From: an uncultured delta proteobacterium
GTDB taxonomy: Bacteria > Desulfobacterota > RBG-13-43-22
Length of the DNA: 64,000 nt
NCBI GenBank assembly: GCA_963743305.1
Contig: CAVUPH010000020.1
Coordinates: 1 to 64,000 of the forward strand
Direction: 5' to 3'
The notes beneath the pieces are model-generated. The model was not told where the DNA came from, did no database searches, and saw nothing but the letters and a program-made list of their open reading frames with translations. The position numbers and the translations under genes are program-made. The stretch's first letter is position 1. Every line of letters starts with the position of its first letter. This document shows positions 39,971 to 50,303 of this stretch, in pieces.

Positions 39971-39999
39971 TTGACAGGAGAGCTCATTTGCCATTTAAT
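39971..39999 (+). promoter_or_regulatory. sigma70 promoter
   Basis: TTGACA-N17-TTTAAT. Confidence 0.65.
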
Positions 40000-40065
40000 T
40001 AAAAAAAGTAGTAAAGGTGTTCTGTTTGGCAACCCTTATCAGGGAGGTTTAAGGCAGAGAGATCG

Positions 40066-40103
40066 ACCCCATTTCCATTAGCGAGATGGGGTTTTCCTAT
40101 TTT
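40066..40103 (+). terminator. Intrinsic terminator-like hairpin within the leader of the GAF gene
   Basis: ACCCCATTTC-loop-GAGATGGGGT followed by TTTCCTATTTT. Confidence 0.6.
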
Positions 40104-40228
40104 GGGGCCTCCTTCTTCCAGGAGGGTCTCGGGGAACGAATATTTTTGTGGGATCAAAAGGATGGTGAATAATCAATCAACCCTTAGCCCAGCGGCTTAT
40201 TTGAATCCTGAGCCGGAAAGGAGAAGCC

Positions 40229-40849
40229 ATGAAAAAACAACTTCTAAACTATGAAACGATGCTCAAGGTTTCCAAGGCCATCTCCCATTCCAAGGACCCG
40301 GAAGAAGTAATCCTGATGACGGTGGAGAGTATTAAAACCGCCTTGCAGGCCAAAGGGTGTACCTTGTTCCTGATGAATCGCCAGACCAATGACCTGGAGG
40401 TGGCCGCCTCGTTTGGACTGAGTGAAGAGTATCTGAACAAAGGGCCGGTCAGCGCCTTTCGTTCCATATCCCAGACTTTGGCGGATGGGCCGGTGGCTGT
40501 TTACGATGTCACGGACGATCCCCGGATCCAATATCCGGACGAAGCCCGTCAGGAGGGGATTTCGTCCATCCTTTCCGTACCGGTCTTGGCCGGCGGTCAT
40601 ATCATCGGGGCTTTGCGGGTTTATACGGCCGAGCCCTGGGAATTCGCCATGGACGATATAAATTTCGTTCAGGCCATGGCCGCCATGGCCGGGATGGCCA
40701 TCGATATGGCCAGGCTCTACAAGGGGATGAAGGACAGCATCGAAATATTAAAGACGATGAGGGATCCCAAGACCCTAAAATCCAGAAAAAGGACCCCCCA
40801 CGAAGGGGTCCCGGTCAGTGTTCCGACACCGCTGAGTGCGCCGGCCTAA
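40229..40849 (+). CDS. Stand-alone GAF domain protein
   Basis: LEVAASFGLSEEYLNKGP, DPRIQYP..A..EGI.SILSVP, IGALRVYT; AAGGAG RBS. Confidence 0.88.
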   Translation: MKKQLLNYETMLKVSKAISHSKDPEEVILMTVESIKTALQAKGCTLFLMNRQTNDLEVAASFGLSEEYLNKGPVSAFRSISQTLADGPVAVYDVTDDPRIQYPDEARQEGISSILSVPVLAGGHIIGALRVYTAEPWEFAMDDINFVQAMAAMAGMAIDMARLYKGMKDSIEILKTMRDPKTLKSRKRTPHEGVPVSVPTPLSAPA

Positions 40850-40883
40850 GGCGAGCCGATTCAATAGGCAGCAACCAGGATGA

Positions 40884-41681
40884 ATGGAAGAAGCCATCGT
40901 GGATGCGGGGGGATCTGATCAAAGAATTCGGCCGAACAGGATCATTTGAAGATCTTCGTCAGCAATATGTCCGGATCATCGCTGCCCACCAGGTTCCTTA
41001 CGCCGAGAACATTAAAGCCTTATCCGATTGGCTGATTTATGTGTATTATGGCCGGCTGATTGCGGAATTTTTGCCCGATAAAAATGCCCGGATCATTGAT
41101 TGGGGAGGGCTGTATGGTCAGGTCACCAAAATCTTATTCGGTCTTGAGTTACCGAAACGTTTTCAACTATCTCCTGCACGACACCAGGCACTATCCTCTT
41201 TTTCGGGAGGCCTTCAACCTGCCGACACTATGGGGCCAGGACCCCAATCGTCTGGAATTGGAGGACGGGTCCATCGAGGGTTTTATTTCCTCCGGGGTTC
41301 TCGAACATGTCCGGGAGGACGGGATCGGGGACGAGCGGATGATCCTGCGAGAGATTCACCGGGTATTAAAAGCAGGGGGCTTGTTGTTTATCTGGAACCT
41401 TCCGGCCCGCTGGGGGACTTCGGAATTATTGGCCAGGGTGTTCAATAAGTGGCACCATGCGTATTGTTTCCGGCAGAAGGAGATCCGGGACCCTGTTGAG
41501 CGGCGCCGGTTTTCAAATTTTATATTGGGATAAACACAAATTCCTGCCCGGATCGGTTATGGAGTGGCTGGGGAAGAGGATCGATCCGGTCCGATTGCTC
41601 GAGGGAGACGACCACCTCTCCCACTGGTTTCCATTCAACCTACTGGCCCGGGATTATGCCATCATCGCGAAAAAAGGATGA
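40884..41681 (+). CDS. SAM-dependent methyltransferase (type 11-like), frameshifted
   Basis: IIDWGGLYG, SSGVLEHV, EIHRVLKAGG spread across three ORF fragments. Confidence 0.72.
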
Positions 41682-41755
41682 ACAGCGAACAGCGAACGTC
41701 CAACATCGAATGAAAACAAACATTCAATTAATAGTCGATGTTGGACATTCGCTGT

Positions 41756-42958
41756 TCATTTTTTAAGAATAAAATAGATCCTCCCCTCATGGCGCAGGTG
41801 CCCGGCGGCCATTTCTGCCTGAGCCCCGGGACCCCAGAAAAAATCGAGGCGTCCCGGCCCCTTGATGGCCCCGCCGCTGTCCTGGACCAGCACCCAGCGG
41901 TTCATGGGGACCCAGTAAAGAATCTGATTGTCGGGGGAGAATACCGGCTTGACCCCGGTGAACCAGGCCAATCCGCCAGAGGGAAAAATTTTCGGGTCCA
42001 TGGCCACCGACCGACCGGGGGTCAGGGGGACGTTCAGGCTTCCATAAGGCCCTCCCTGGGCCTCCTGGAAAAAGACGTAACTGGGGTTCAGGTTCAAGAT
42101 CTCATCCTGCTCAAGGGGATGATCCTTTAAGTAGGCGTAGATTCGTTGCAGGGAGACTTCTTCGGGTCTTAAAATGCCCCGGCGAATCAGCTCCCGGCCG
42201 ATCGGGAAATAGGGATGACCGTTGGTCGCCCGGTATTGGAGTTGAACGAAGGCGCCGTCTTCGAGCACCAGGCGGCCCGAACCCTGGATCTGCATGAAAA
42301 AAAGCTTCAAACGGTCATCGGTCCAATACAACTCCAGGCCCCGGCCGGCCAATTTCCCTTCCTGATCGATCTCCCGGCGGGAAAAATAAGGGAGGACCTT
42401 TCGGCCCAATAATCGTCCGATCAGCCGTTCCCCCTTGTATTTGTTGGAGAAATTCTCGAGGTCGATGGTCAGGAGGTCATCCGGTTTTTGATAAAAAGGA
42501 AAAGGAAACTTATCGGAGGGGACCCGACTGGCGGCCAGAGTAGGCTCATAATATCCAGTTGTTAAAAGAGAGGCTGATCGGTTTGGGAATACCAGTTGGT
42601 ACAAATTAAACCGGGCCTTCAATTCCCGCTCCAGGGAAGGAACATCCATATTGGTATTCAGAAGTTCCTGAAGAAGAGATAAGGTGGATCGGATTTCTTC
42701 GTTGGAAATTTCCCGAGTTCCCAGAGGATAGGTCTTTTGAGGGGAGCTCTTCTGGAGGTAGATCAAACTTTGGGTCAGGGCTTGCCGAAGGCTTTCCCGG
42801 TCGGCGTCGTCATCCAGCAGGGGCCAATCCTTCTCGGAAATCAGTTCCAGGATACAGGGCTCAGGAGAGGTTAGCGGAGGACCAACGGGTCGATAAAAAC
42901 AGGAAGACAGTTGAAAGGCAAGCAGGATTAAAAGTAACCCTTTGAAAACTCGGATCAT
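41756..42958 (-). CDS. mltA: Membrane-bound lytic murein transglycosylase A
   Basis: Lipobox LSSC, TGYYEP, FFMQIQGSG, NPSYVFF, QDSGGAIKGPGRLDFFWG. Confidence 0.93.
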   Translation of the reverse strand: MIRVFKGLLLILLAFQLSSCFYRPVGPPLTSPEPCILELISEKDWPLLDDDADRESLRQALTQSLIYLQKSSPQKTYPLGTREISNEEIRSTLSLLQELLNTNMDVPSLERELKARFNLYQLVFPNRSASLLTTGYYEPTLAASRVPSDKFPFPFYQKPDDLLTIDLENFSNKYKGERLIGRLLGRKVLPYFSRREIDQEGKLAGRGLELYWTDDRLKLFFMQIQGSGRLVLEDGAFVQLQYRATNGHPYFPIGRELIRRGILRPEEVSLQRIYAYLKDHPLEQDEILNLNPSYVFFQEAQGGPYGSLNVPLTPGRSVAMDPKIFPSGGLAWFTGVKPVFSPDNQILYWVPMNRWVLVQDSGGAIKGPGRLDFFWGPGAQAEMAAGHLRHEGRIYFILKK

Positions 42959-43161
42959 AAGGGTTTCTTTTATCCAAGTCAGGGCCAATAGTCAAACGGT
43001 AAATGCGCCCAACATTCTCCTTGTCTTTTCGTTTATTATCCATTAAGGTGTGTTTTATTTAACACAGTCCACAGAAAGTTCTACCGCAGGCATCCAGGCT
43101 CTTAATGAAAAAATTTAGTTAAATCATTTAAGTTATTTTGATGAGGCCCAAATGGTTTTAT

Positions 43162-43177
43162 TGGCACCTCGATTGCA
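43162..43177 (+). promoter_or_regulatory. sigma54 (-24/-12) promoter of lpxC
   Basis: TGGCAC-CTCGA-TTGCA, exact consensus spacing. Confidence 0.8.
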
Positions 43178-43192
43178 TATGTATCTTCTGTC

Positions 43193-44080
43193 ATGGTAAT
43201 CCATCAACGTACGATTAATCGAGAAGCCGGGTGCGCCGGAATAGGTCTTCATAACGGGAAGAAGGTCAACCTCACCTTAAAGCCGGCTGAACCGGATTCA
43301 GGGATCCGCTTTGTCCGGGTGGATCTTCCCAATTCCCCGGTTATTGAAGCCAAAAATACCCAGGTGGTGGCCACCCAATTGGCTACTTCCATCGGGTACA
43401 ACGGGTATCGAATTTCCACCGTGGAACACCTGTTAGCGGCCTTATCCGGATTAGGCATCGACAATGCCTCCATTGAACTGGATTCATCGGAGGTCCCGAT
43501 TATGGACGGGAGTTCCGGTCCTTTCATCCGTTTGCTTCATGAAGCCGGCCTGAAAAAACAAGAGGAAACAAAAAAATATCTGGTAGTTAAACGACCGGTA
43601 GAGGTCCGGGAAAACGGGAGTAAAGTCACGTTGCTCCCGGCGGATGAATTCAGGATATCATGTACCATCGACTACGATCACCCGCTCCTGCAGAACCAAT
43701 CGCTCACGGTCGCGGTCGAGGATAAATCGTTTGTTCAGGAGATCGGTTGGGCTCGCACTTTTGGGTTTCTGGAAGAAGTGGAAAGCCTCAAAAGAAGTGG
43801 TTTTGCTCAGGGCGGTTCTTTGGAAAATGCCATCGTGATCGATCGTTCCGGAGTCCTGAACGAGAAAGGGCTGCGGTTCCGAGATGAATTTGTTCGTCAT
43901 AAGATCTTGGACCTGATCGGTGATTTATCTCTGATCGGTATGCCGATCAGAGGCCATGTCGTCGCCCATAAATCCGGGCATACCCTTCATCGAAATCTGG
44001 TCCAGACGCTGCTTTCCGACCCCGCAAATTACAAAATTGTCACCCCGGTCAACGGAACGAACCCTCCTAACCAGTGGTAA
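43193..44080 (+). CDS. lpxC: UDP-3-O-acyl-N-acetylglucosamine deacetylase
   Basis: QRTI..GIGLH.G, STVEHLLAAL, EVPIMDGSS, ARTFGF, RHKILDLIGDL. Confidence 0.97.
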   Translation: MVIHQRTINREAGCAGIGLHNGKKVNLTLKPAEPDSGIRFVRVDLPNSPVIEAKNTQVVATQLATSIGYNGYRISTVEHLLAALSGLGIDNASIELDSSEVPIMDGSSGPFIRLLHEAGLKKQEETKKYLVVKRPVEVRENGSKVTLLPADEFRISCTIDYDHPLLQNQSLTVAVEDKSFVQEIGWARTFGFLEEVESLKRSGFAQGGSLENAIVIDRSGVLNEKGLRFRDEFVRHKILDLIGDLSLIGMPIRGHVVAHKSGHTLHRNLVQTLLSDPANYKIVTPVNGTNPPNQW

Positions 44081-44195
44081 ACGATCCCTTAGCCTACCCC
44101 CCCTATTTCCTTATCCCCCGCTAAAATTTAGATTCAGTTCAATAAATTTCCCGCTGCCTGCTTGCTTTTTTTCGATATTCTGATAAGATACGGCT

Positions 44196-44783
44196 ATGAG
44201 TGGGTTTTTTTCAAAAATATCAAAATATTCCTGTCTCTTAGGGGTGATTAGTCTGGTCCTGGTTTTCTCCTTGACCTCGATGCTCTGGGGTAAACAGGCC
44301 CAGATTGCCGATATTATCGTAACCAATAATCGAGACCAGTTGCTGGTCTACTTTAATACCAAGGGGTGTTTTACGCCGGATATGAACAAGGCGATCATGA
44401 GCGGCATTCCCACCACCTTTACCTTTTTTATAGAGATCTACCAACCGCGTAATTTTTGGCCCAACAAGAAATTATCCGCCGTTAAACTTCATCACACCAT
44501 CAAATATGATTCCCTGAGGGAGGAATTTAACCTCACGCTGAGTGAACGGGGAAACCAGACCTTTATTGTCAAGGAATTCTCCAAGGCCCAGGAGATAATG
44601 GCCGATGTCAGTAATATCCAACTGATTCCGCTGAAGCAGTTAGAAAGAAACAATCAATACCAACTGCGGATAAAAGCGGAGTTGAATAAGGTCACCCTGC
44701 CTCTTTATCTGCACTACATCCTCTTTTTTGTCTCCTTGTGGGATTTTGAAACCGATTGGTATGTGGTGGAATTCAACTACTAA
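44196..44783 (+). CDS. DUF4390 domain protein
   Basis: Signal peptide, AIMSGIPTTFTF, C-terminal WDFETDW; position upstream of ntrY-like kinase. Confidence 0.85.
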   Translation: MSGFFSKISKYSCLLGVISLVLVFSLTSMLWGKQAQIADIIVTNNRDQLLVYFNTKGCFTPDMNKAIMSGIPTTFTFFIEIYQPRNFWPNKKLSAVKLHHTIKYDSLREEFNLTLSERGNQTFIVKEFSKAQEIMADVSNIQLIPLKQLERNNQYQLRIKAELNKVTLPLYLHYILFFVSLWDFETDWYVVEFNY

Positions 44784-44819
44784 GCAATTGACCCCGGCTT
44801 TTATTATTGCTGCCCGCCT

Positions 44820-47066
44820 ATGGCTCAGCACCTCAAAGGATTAAAAACGGATTTCCCGGAGGAGGAAAAGGAACACCGCCGCCGAAGAAGAGAACGGATC
44901 ATCATCGTCATTACTTCGGTGGTGGTCATTGCCATAACCTTCTGGGAAACCAAGATCCTCCGCACCGAAATTCCCTTTTCCACGACCCAGCGGGTGATTC
45001 TCTTCGCCCTCATCAATATTAATATCATCCTCCTGCTGTTGTTGATCTTCTTAGTTGTCCGGAATCTTTCCAAGCTGTTCCTGGAACGAAAGCGTAAAAT
45101 ACTGGGTTCCAAAATACGTACCAAACTGGTCATGGGTTTTGTCACCCTCTCCCTGATTCCCACCATAGTGCTTTTTGTGATCGCCTACGAATTTATGACC
45201 ACCGGAATGGATTACTGGTTCACCATTCATCTGGAAAGGTCTCTCGAAGATTCTTTGGACGTGGGCAAGGCCTATTACCAATCCTCCCAGAGGGGAACTC
45301 GGACTTATGCGCAACAGATTTCCCAGGACTTGGCGCAGCCGGGCGCCTTAAGCCCCGCCAACTCCCTGGAGGTTCAGAAATTACTGCAGGACAAGCTCCA
45401 GGAATATGGGTTGTCCTGGGTGGCCCTTTACCTGCCGAACATGGAGCGACGTTTCCAGGTTGCCCGACCGGAAGCCTTTCTTGAATTTTTCAACGCCCCG
45501 TCCCTGTCCTTTATCCAAAAGGGTTTCCAGCCCTCGGGAATTACCGACATCCAATCAACACCGGAAGGGGACTTCTTCATTGCCGGAGTCCCGGTTTGGG
45601 ACAAATCGCAATCCAAAGCAGCGGCGGCCACCCTGGTGGTAGTATCCTATTTCCCCAAAACCCTGATGCGAAAAATGGACGCCATCTCGAGCGGTCTGGA
45701 AGGCTACCGCCAGATGCAGTTACTGAAGAATCCTATCAAATTTACCTACTTAATCATTCTCTCGATTGTCACCCTGCTGATTATTTTTTCGGCCACCTGG
45801 TTTGGTTTTTATTTGGCCAAAGGGATTACTATCCCCATTCAACGGCTGGCCGAGGGCACCTTCCGAGTCGCTCAGGGGGACTATAATTTTACTATCGACC
45901 TGGACGCCAAGGATGAATTCGGGCTGTTAGTCCGATCTTTTAATCAAATGACGGCCGACCTGAAGGAGGGTCAGACCGAACTGGAAAGAATCAATGAGGA
46001 ACTCCGAAAAAGCTATGAGGAAATCAACCAGCGGCGGAGGTACATGGAAACCATTTTGGCCAATATCGGGGCCGGAGTCATTTCGGTGGACGTTGTGGGC
46101 CGGATCAGCATCATCAATACCTCCGCCAAGGAAATGCTCAATATCAAAACCGAAAAAGTCCTGGGACGGCCTTATCGAGAGGTGCTCCGGCCGGAACATT
46201 TCGCCCTGGTGCAGGACGTAGTCGCCAATCTGGACGGGCTCAAGAAAGGAACGCTGGAGCGATCATTACAAGTCCCTTTGCGGGATCGGACCTTAACCCT
46301 GCTGGTAAAAATAACCATGTTACGGGACGAAGAGGGGAAATACCTGGGGCTGGTTATCGTCTTCGATGATCTGACCGAGATCGAAAAGATCCAAAAGGTT
46401 TCGGCCTGGCGAGAAGTGGCCCGGCGACTGGCCCACGAGATCAAAAACCCCTTGACGCCTATCAAGCTGTCGGCCCAACGGTTGCGGAAAAAATATTTGG
46501 ACCAATTGCCGAGCGGCCGTGATATTTTTGATGATTGCACCCAGACCATTATCAACCAGGTGGACGAACTGACCCGACTGGTCAATGAATTTTTTGTCTT
46601 TGCCCGACTGCCGGCGGTTACCTTAAGCCAAAATGACCTGAACACCCTGATTCCGGAAGTCCTGGTTCTTTACCAGGAGAGCCACAAGCACATCCGGTTT
46701 TCGTTTGAACCCGACAGCCAGGTGCCTTCTTTTATGTTGGATCGAGAACAAATCAAACGGGTGATGATTAACCTCTTCGATAATGCCGTGGCGGCCATTG
46801 AGGGCCAGGGAGAGATCTCGATAAAAACCGGCTATGATCCCCTGCTTAAAATGGCCCTTATCGAAGTGTCGGATACCGGAAAGGGCATCCCTCCACAAGA
46901 TAAGGACCGGCTGTTCGAGCCCTATTTCTCCACTAAGAAAGAAGGCACCGGGTTGGGGTTGACCATAGCCAGTTCCATCATCTCCGATCACCGGGGCCAT
47001 ATCCGGGTCAGAAACAACGAACCCCGGGGGACCATTTTCACTATTGAACTGCCTTTGGAGGTTTAA
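44820..47066 (+). CDS. ntrY: NtrY-like sensor histidine kinase (HAMP, PAS)
   Basis: GSKIRTKL, HAMP, AWREVARRLAHEIKNPLTPI, PYFSTK..GTGLGL. Confidence 0.9.
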   Translation: MAQHLKGLKTDFPEEEKEHRRRRRERIIIVITSVVVIAITFWETKILRTEIPFSTTQRVILFALININIILLLLLIFLVVRNLSKLFLERKRKILGSKIRTKLVMGFVTLSLIPTIVLFVIAYEFMTTGMDYWFTIHLERSLEDSLDVGKAYYQSSQRGTRTYAQQISQDLAQPGALSPANSLEVQKLLQDKLQEYGLSWVALYLPNMERRFQVARPEAFLEFFNAPSLSFIQKGFQPSGITDIQSTPEGDFFIAGVPVWDKSQSKAAAATLVVVSYFPKTLMRKMDAISSGLEGYRQMQLLKNPIKFTYLIILSIVTLLIIFSATWFGFYLAKGITIPIQRLAEGTFRVAQGDYNFTIDLDAKDEFGLLVRSFNQMTADLKEGQTELERINEELRKSYEEINQRRRYMETILANIGAGVISVDVVGRISIINTSAKEMLNIKTEKVLGRPYREVLRPEHFALVQDVVANLDGLKKGTLERSLQVPLRDRTLTLLVKITMLRDEEGKYLGLVIVFDDLTEIEKIQKVSAWREVARRLAHEIKNPLTPIKLSAQRLRKKYLDQLPSGRDIFDDCTQTIINQVDELTRLVNEFFVFARLPAVTLSQNDLNTLIPEVLVLYQESHKHIRFSFEPDSQVPSFMLDREQIKRVMINLFDNAVAAIEGQGEISIKTGYDPLLKMALIEVSDTGKGIPPQDKDRLFEPYFSTKKEGTGLGLTIASSIISDHRGHIRVRNNEPRGTIFTIELPLEV

Positions 47067-47156
47067 GGAAATCTCTTTTCACTCGGTTCTATCCGTGATA
47101 AAAGAGACTGCAGATCTTTGCCGGTCAGCCGGGATTCTGTTTTATCGGGGAGCTCC

Positions 47157-48536
47157 TTGCCCAAACTGGTTTTAGTAGTAGACGACGAACCGGAAATCCT
47201 GAAGTCGGTCCAGCAGATACTGCTGGACGAAGGCTATGAGGTGATCTGCGCTCGTGACGGACACGAGGCCCTTAGAAAAGCAGAAGAGGAGAATCCGGAC
47301 CTGGTGTTGCTGGACATCAAAATGCCCGGACTCGATGGGATCGAGGTGCTTCAGTGGATCAAGACGACCCATCCTCAGTTGCCGGTCATCATGATGTCCG
47401 CTCACGGCACCATTGAAACGGCGGTCAAGGCCACGAAACTAGGTGCCCATGATTTTATTGAAAAACCGCTCTCCCTGGAGCGGATCACGGTCGCCATCCG
47501 CAAGGCCCTGGACTACCGCCTCCTGGAGGAGGAAACCCTTTTCTTCCGGCAGAAAGAGGAGGCGCGTCATCAACTGACCGGTCACAGCGAACCCGTCCAA
47601 AAGCTGAAACAACAGATTGACATCGTGGCCCCCACCAGCGCTTGGATCCTCATCCGGGGAGAAAACGGCACCGGGAAAGAGATCGTGGCCCATACCATTC
47701 ACCGATTGAGCAAACGGAAGAACAAGCCCTTTGTGGAGGTCAACTGTGCCGCTATTCCTGAGGAGTTGATTGAAAGCGAATTGTTCGGTCACGAGCGGGG
47801 GGCCTTTACCGGCGCCACCAACCAAAAAAAAGGTAAATTTGATCTTTCCCATGAAGGCACCTTGTTTTTGGATGAAATCGGAGATATGAGCCTGAAAACC
47901 CAGGCCAAAATTCTTCGGATCCTTCAAGAGCAAAAATTTGAAAGAGTCGGCGGCGGGAAAACAATCGTCGTGGATGTCCGAGTGATTGCCGCCACCAACA
48001 AAGACCTGGAGCAGGAAATCAGCCTGGGGAATTTTCGGGAGGACCTCTATTACCGCCTCAATGTCATCCCTTTGGAAGTGCCGCCGCTGCGAGAGCGAAA
48101 AGAGGACTTGCCCGATTTGATCGAAGAATTTCTGAAAGAATACGCCCTTAAGACCGGAACGGATAAGAAAAACCTGGATCCGCGTTCTTATGATTTATTG
48201 AGGGAGTACGAATGGCCCGGTAATGTGCGGGAGTTGAAAAACCTGATCGAACGATTGGTAATTATGACCCCGGGAGCGATCATCGCGGCCGATGACCTGC
48301 CGGACCATCTAACCAAGAAGCCCGGGACGGATAGCCCGGGTGCCGCCGGTCCGGCCTTCTTGCAGGAAAAGGATTTCAAGGAAGCCAAGATCCGCTTTGA
48401 AAAAGAATTTATTGTCCGGAAACTGCAGGAACACCAGGGAAATATCACCCAAACCGCCGAGGCCTTGGGGATTGAACGTAGCCACCTGCACAAAAAAATT
48501 AAGGCCTACGGCATAAAGTTGGATAATGGAGACTAA
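47157..48536 (+). CDS. ntrX: NtrX-like sigma54-dependent response regulator
   Basis: REC domain, GENGTGKE, GAFTGA, WPGNVREL, Fis HTH ERSHLHKK; TTG start with GGGAG RBS. Confidence 0.9.
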   Translation: MPKLVLVVDDEPEILKSVQQILLDEGYEVICARDGHEALRKAEEENPDLVLLDIKMPGLDGIEVLQWIKTTHPQLPVIMMSAHGTIETAVKATKLGAHDFIEKPLSLERITVAIRKALDYRLLEEETLFFRQKEEARHQLTGHSEPVQKLKQQIDIVAPTSAWILIRGENGTGKEIVAHTIHRLSKRKNKPFVEVNCAAIPEELIESELFGHERGAFTGATNQKKGKFDLSHEGTLFLDEIGDMSLKTQAKILRILQEQKFERVGGGKTIVVDVRVIAATNKDLEQEISLGNFREDLYYRLNVIPLEVPPLRERKEDLPDLIEEFLKEYALKTGTDKKNLDPRSYDLLREYEWPGNVRELKNLIERLVIMTPGAIIAADDLPDHLTKKPGTDSPGAAGPAFLQEKDFKEAKIRFEKEFIVRKLQEHQGNITQTAEALGIERSHLHKKIKAYGIKLDNGD

Positions 48537-49368
48537 ACCTCGAATAATTCAGTTGGTAGTTAAGAATAATTTAATGGCCCATCGGGAGGCCCGGATCATC
48601 AAAGATCGCTTGACCCGGGAAATGGGTCTTTCTGTTTTTTGGGATGAGGAGCAGGATCCCGGCAGCGAATGGAACCCAACAGACGGACCGGCAGACCTCA
48701 TTTTAGTCCTGGGTGGGGATGGAACGTTGTTGAAGGCCGCCCGTCTTTACGGCGGCCAGGGAACACCCATCCTGGGGATCAATCTGGGGGGGCTGGGTTT
48801 TTTAACGGAAATTGCCTTGGAGGAATTCTACTCCATCCTGGAAAAAATATTCCAAGGCGATTTTCAAACGGAAACCCGAATGATGTTGAAGGCACAGATC
48901 GTCCGTCAAGACCAGGTTCTGGAGCCCACCGTTTTTCTCAACGACATGGTGATCAATAAGGGTGCGTTGGCCCGAATTATCGATCTGGAAACCAGTATTG
49001 ATAACCAGTTTCTAACCATCTACCGCGGAGACGGGTTAATCGTTGCCACCCCTACCGGTTCGACCGCCTATAACCTGGCGGCCGGGGGGCCTATCCTCCA
49101 CCCGGCCCTCCGGACCATCATCCTTACGCCCATCTGTCCCTTTACCTTGACCAACCGGCCGATTATTCTACAAGACAACTCGGTAATCGACATTCGCCTC
49201 GGGGCCAAGGCCCGAGATGTCTGGTTGACGATCGACGGGCAAATCGGCTATCCTCTGATGCCCGGAGACTTGGTCCAGGTCCAAAGGGCAACAGGGCAAA
49301 TTACGCTTATAAAATCACCCCTAAAAAATTATTTTGAAATTCTGCGCACCAAACTTAAATGGGGATAA
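48526..49368 (+). CDS. nadK: NAD kinase
   Basis: LGGDGTLL, GINLGGLGFL, ND, DGLIVATPTGSTAYNLAAGGP. Confidence 0.95.
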   Translation: METKPRIIQLVVKNNLMAHREARIIKDRLTREMGLSVFWDEEQDPGSEWNPTDGPADLILVLGGDGTLLKAARLYGGQGTPILGINLGGLGFLTEIALEEFYSILEKIFQGDFQTETRMMLKAQIVRQDQVLEPTVFLNDMVINKGALARIIDLETSIDNQFLTIYRGDGLIVATPTGSTAYNLAAGGPILHPALRTIILTPICPFTLTNRPIILQDNSVIDIRLGAKARDVWLTIDGQIGYPLMPGDLVQVQRATGQITLIKSPLKNYFEILRTKLKWG

Positions 49369-49454
49369 ATTGGATTCAGCCGATGACAGGGATGCGGCAG
49401 TTTCAAAAAAGTGAAGATCGGATCGGTTTCGGAAAAGAAGAAATAGACGATTAA

Positions 49455-50138
49455 TCAGGGTAATCGATAGTGGCGGACGGGAGCCGGTTTAAGGATTTTA
49501 ATCAGAAAAATCCCGGTGATAAACCCCCCGATGTGGGCATACCAGGCCACCGATCCTCCTTCGGTTCCGGCATTCAGGAGTTGAATGAGGAACCAGAAAC
49601 CGAGGACCAGGACGGCCGGCACCTTGATAATTCGAATAATGATCACGAAAATAAAGAGAGTGGAGACATTCGTCCGGGGGAATAAGATCAGGTAAGCCCC
49701 CAGGATGCCGGCGATGGCCCCGCTGGCCCCAATCATGGGGATGGTGGCATTAGGGTCTGAAAGGATATGGGACAGGGCGGCGAAGAAACCGGAGATTAAG
49801 TAAAACAAGATAAAGCGGAGAGGTCCGAGGGCGTTTTCGATATTATCCCCGAAAATCCAAAGGTAGAGCATATTGCTGGCCAAATGGATGAACCCGCCAT
49901 GCAAAAACATGGCAGTAAAAATAGTGAAGACGGGTGGCAAGGCGGTTACGTAGAGGAGATCTTTGGCCAGGGGATGGGTCAGGTTATAGGGGATGGCCCC
50001 ATAACGAAAGATCAAAGCTTCCAAATCGAGGGGGGGTAAGGTGAGTTGATAGACATAGACCAAGGCATTGATGGCAATGATCCCTAAGGTTATAAACGGA
50101 AAACGCTCAATAGGACTGTCGTCTTTAAGTGGAATCAT
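49455..50138 (-). CDS. Rhomboid family intramembrane serine protease
   Basis: MFLHGG..H..NMLYLWIFGDNIE, GASGA, AHIGGF. Confidence 0.93.
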   Translation of the reverse strand: MIPLKDDSPIERFPFITLGIIAINALVYVYQLTLPPLDLEALIFRYGAIPYNLTHPLAKDLLYVTALPPVFTIFTAMFLHGGFIHLASNMLYLWIFGDNIENALGPLRFILFYLISGFFAALSHILSDPNATIPMIGASGAIAGILGAYLILFPRTNVSTLFIFVIIIRIIKVPAVLVLGFWFLIQLLNAGTEGGSVAWYAHIGGFITGIFLIKILKPAPVRHYRLP

Positions 50139-50266
50139 CAGCCTTCTTCTTATTCTTTAGAAAAATAGTATTTCTTCCTGATTTTACCCATTGAATAATT
50201 CGGTCAATTATTCTTCTATCCTTTCAAGTTGCCAAGTCAAGGTTTTTTTACTCCTTTTTTTGTCCC

Positions 50267-50296
50267 TTGAATTCTCCCCCCCAATCGGGGTAGAAT
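50267..50296 (+). promoter_or_regulatory. sigma70 promoter immediately before miaB
   Basis: TTGAAT-N18-TAGAAT, 7 nt before ATG. Confidence 0.55.
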
Positions 50297-50303
50297 AAAA
50301 ATC

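Noticed and set aside
40005-40100. Fluoride riboswitch or PyrR site
   Set aside because: Only partial word matches (GGTGTTC, CAGAGAG); the required pairings and gene context are absent, so it is left as an unassigned leader.
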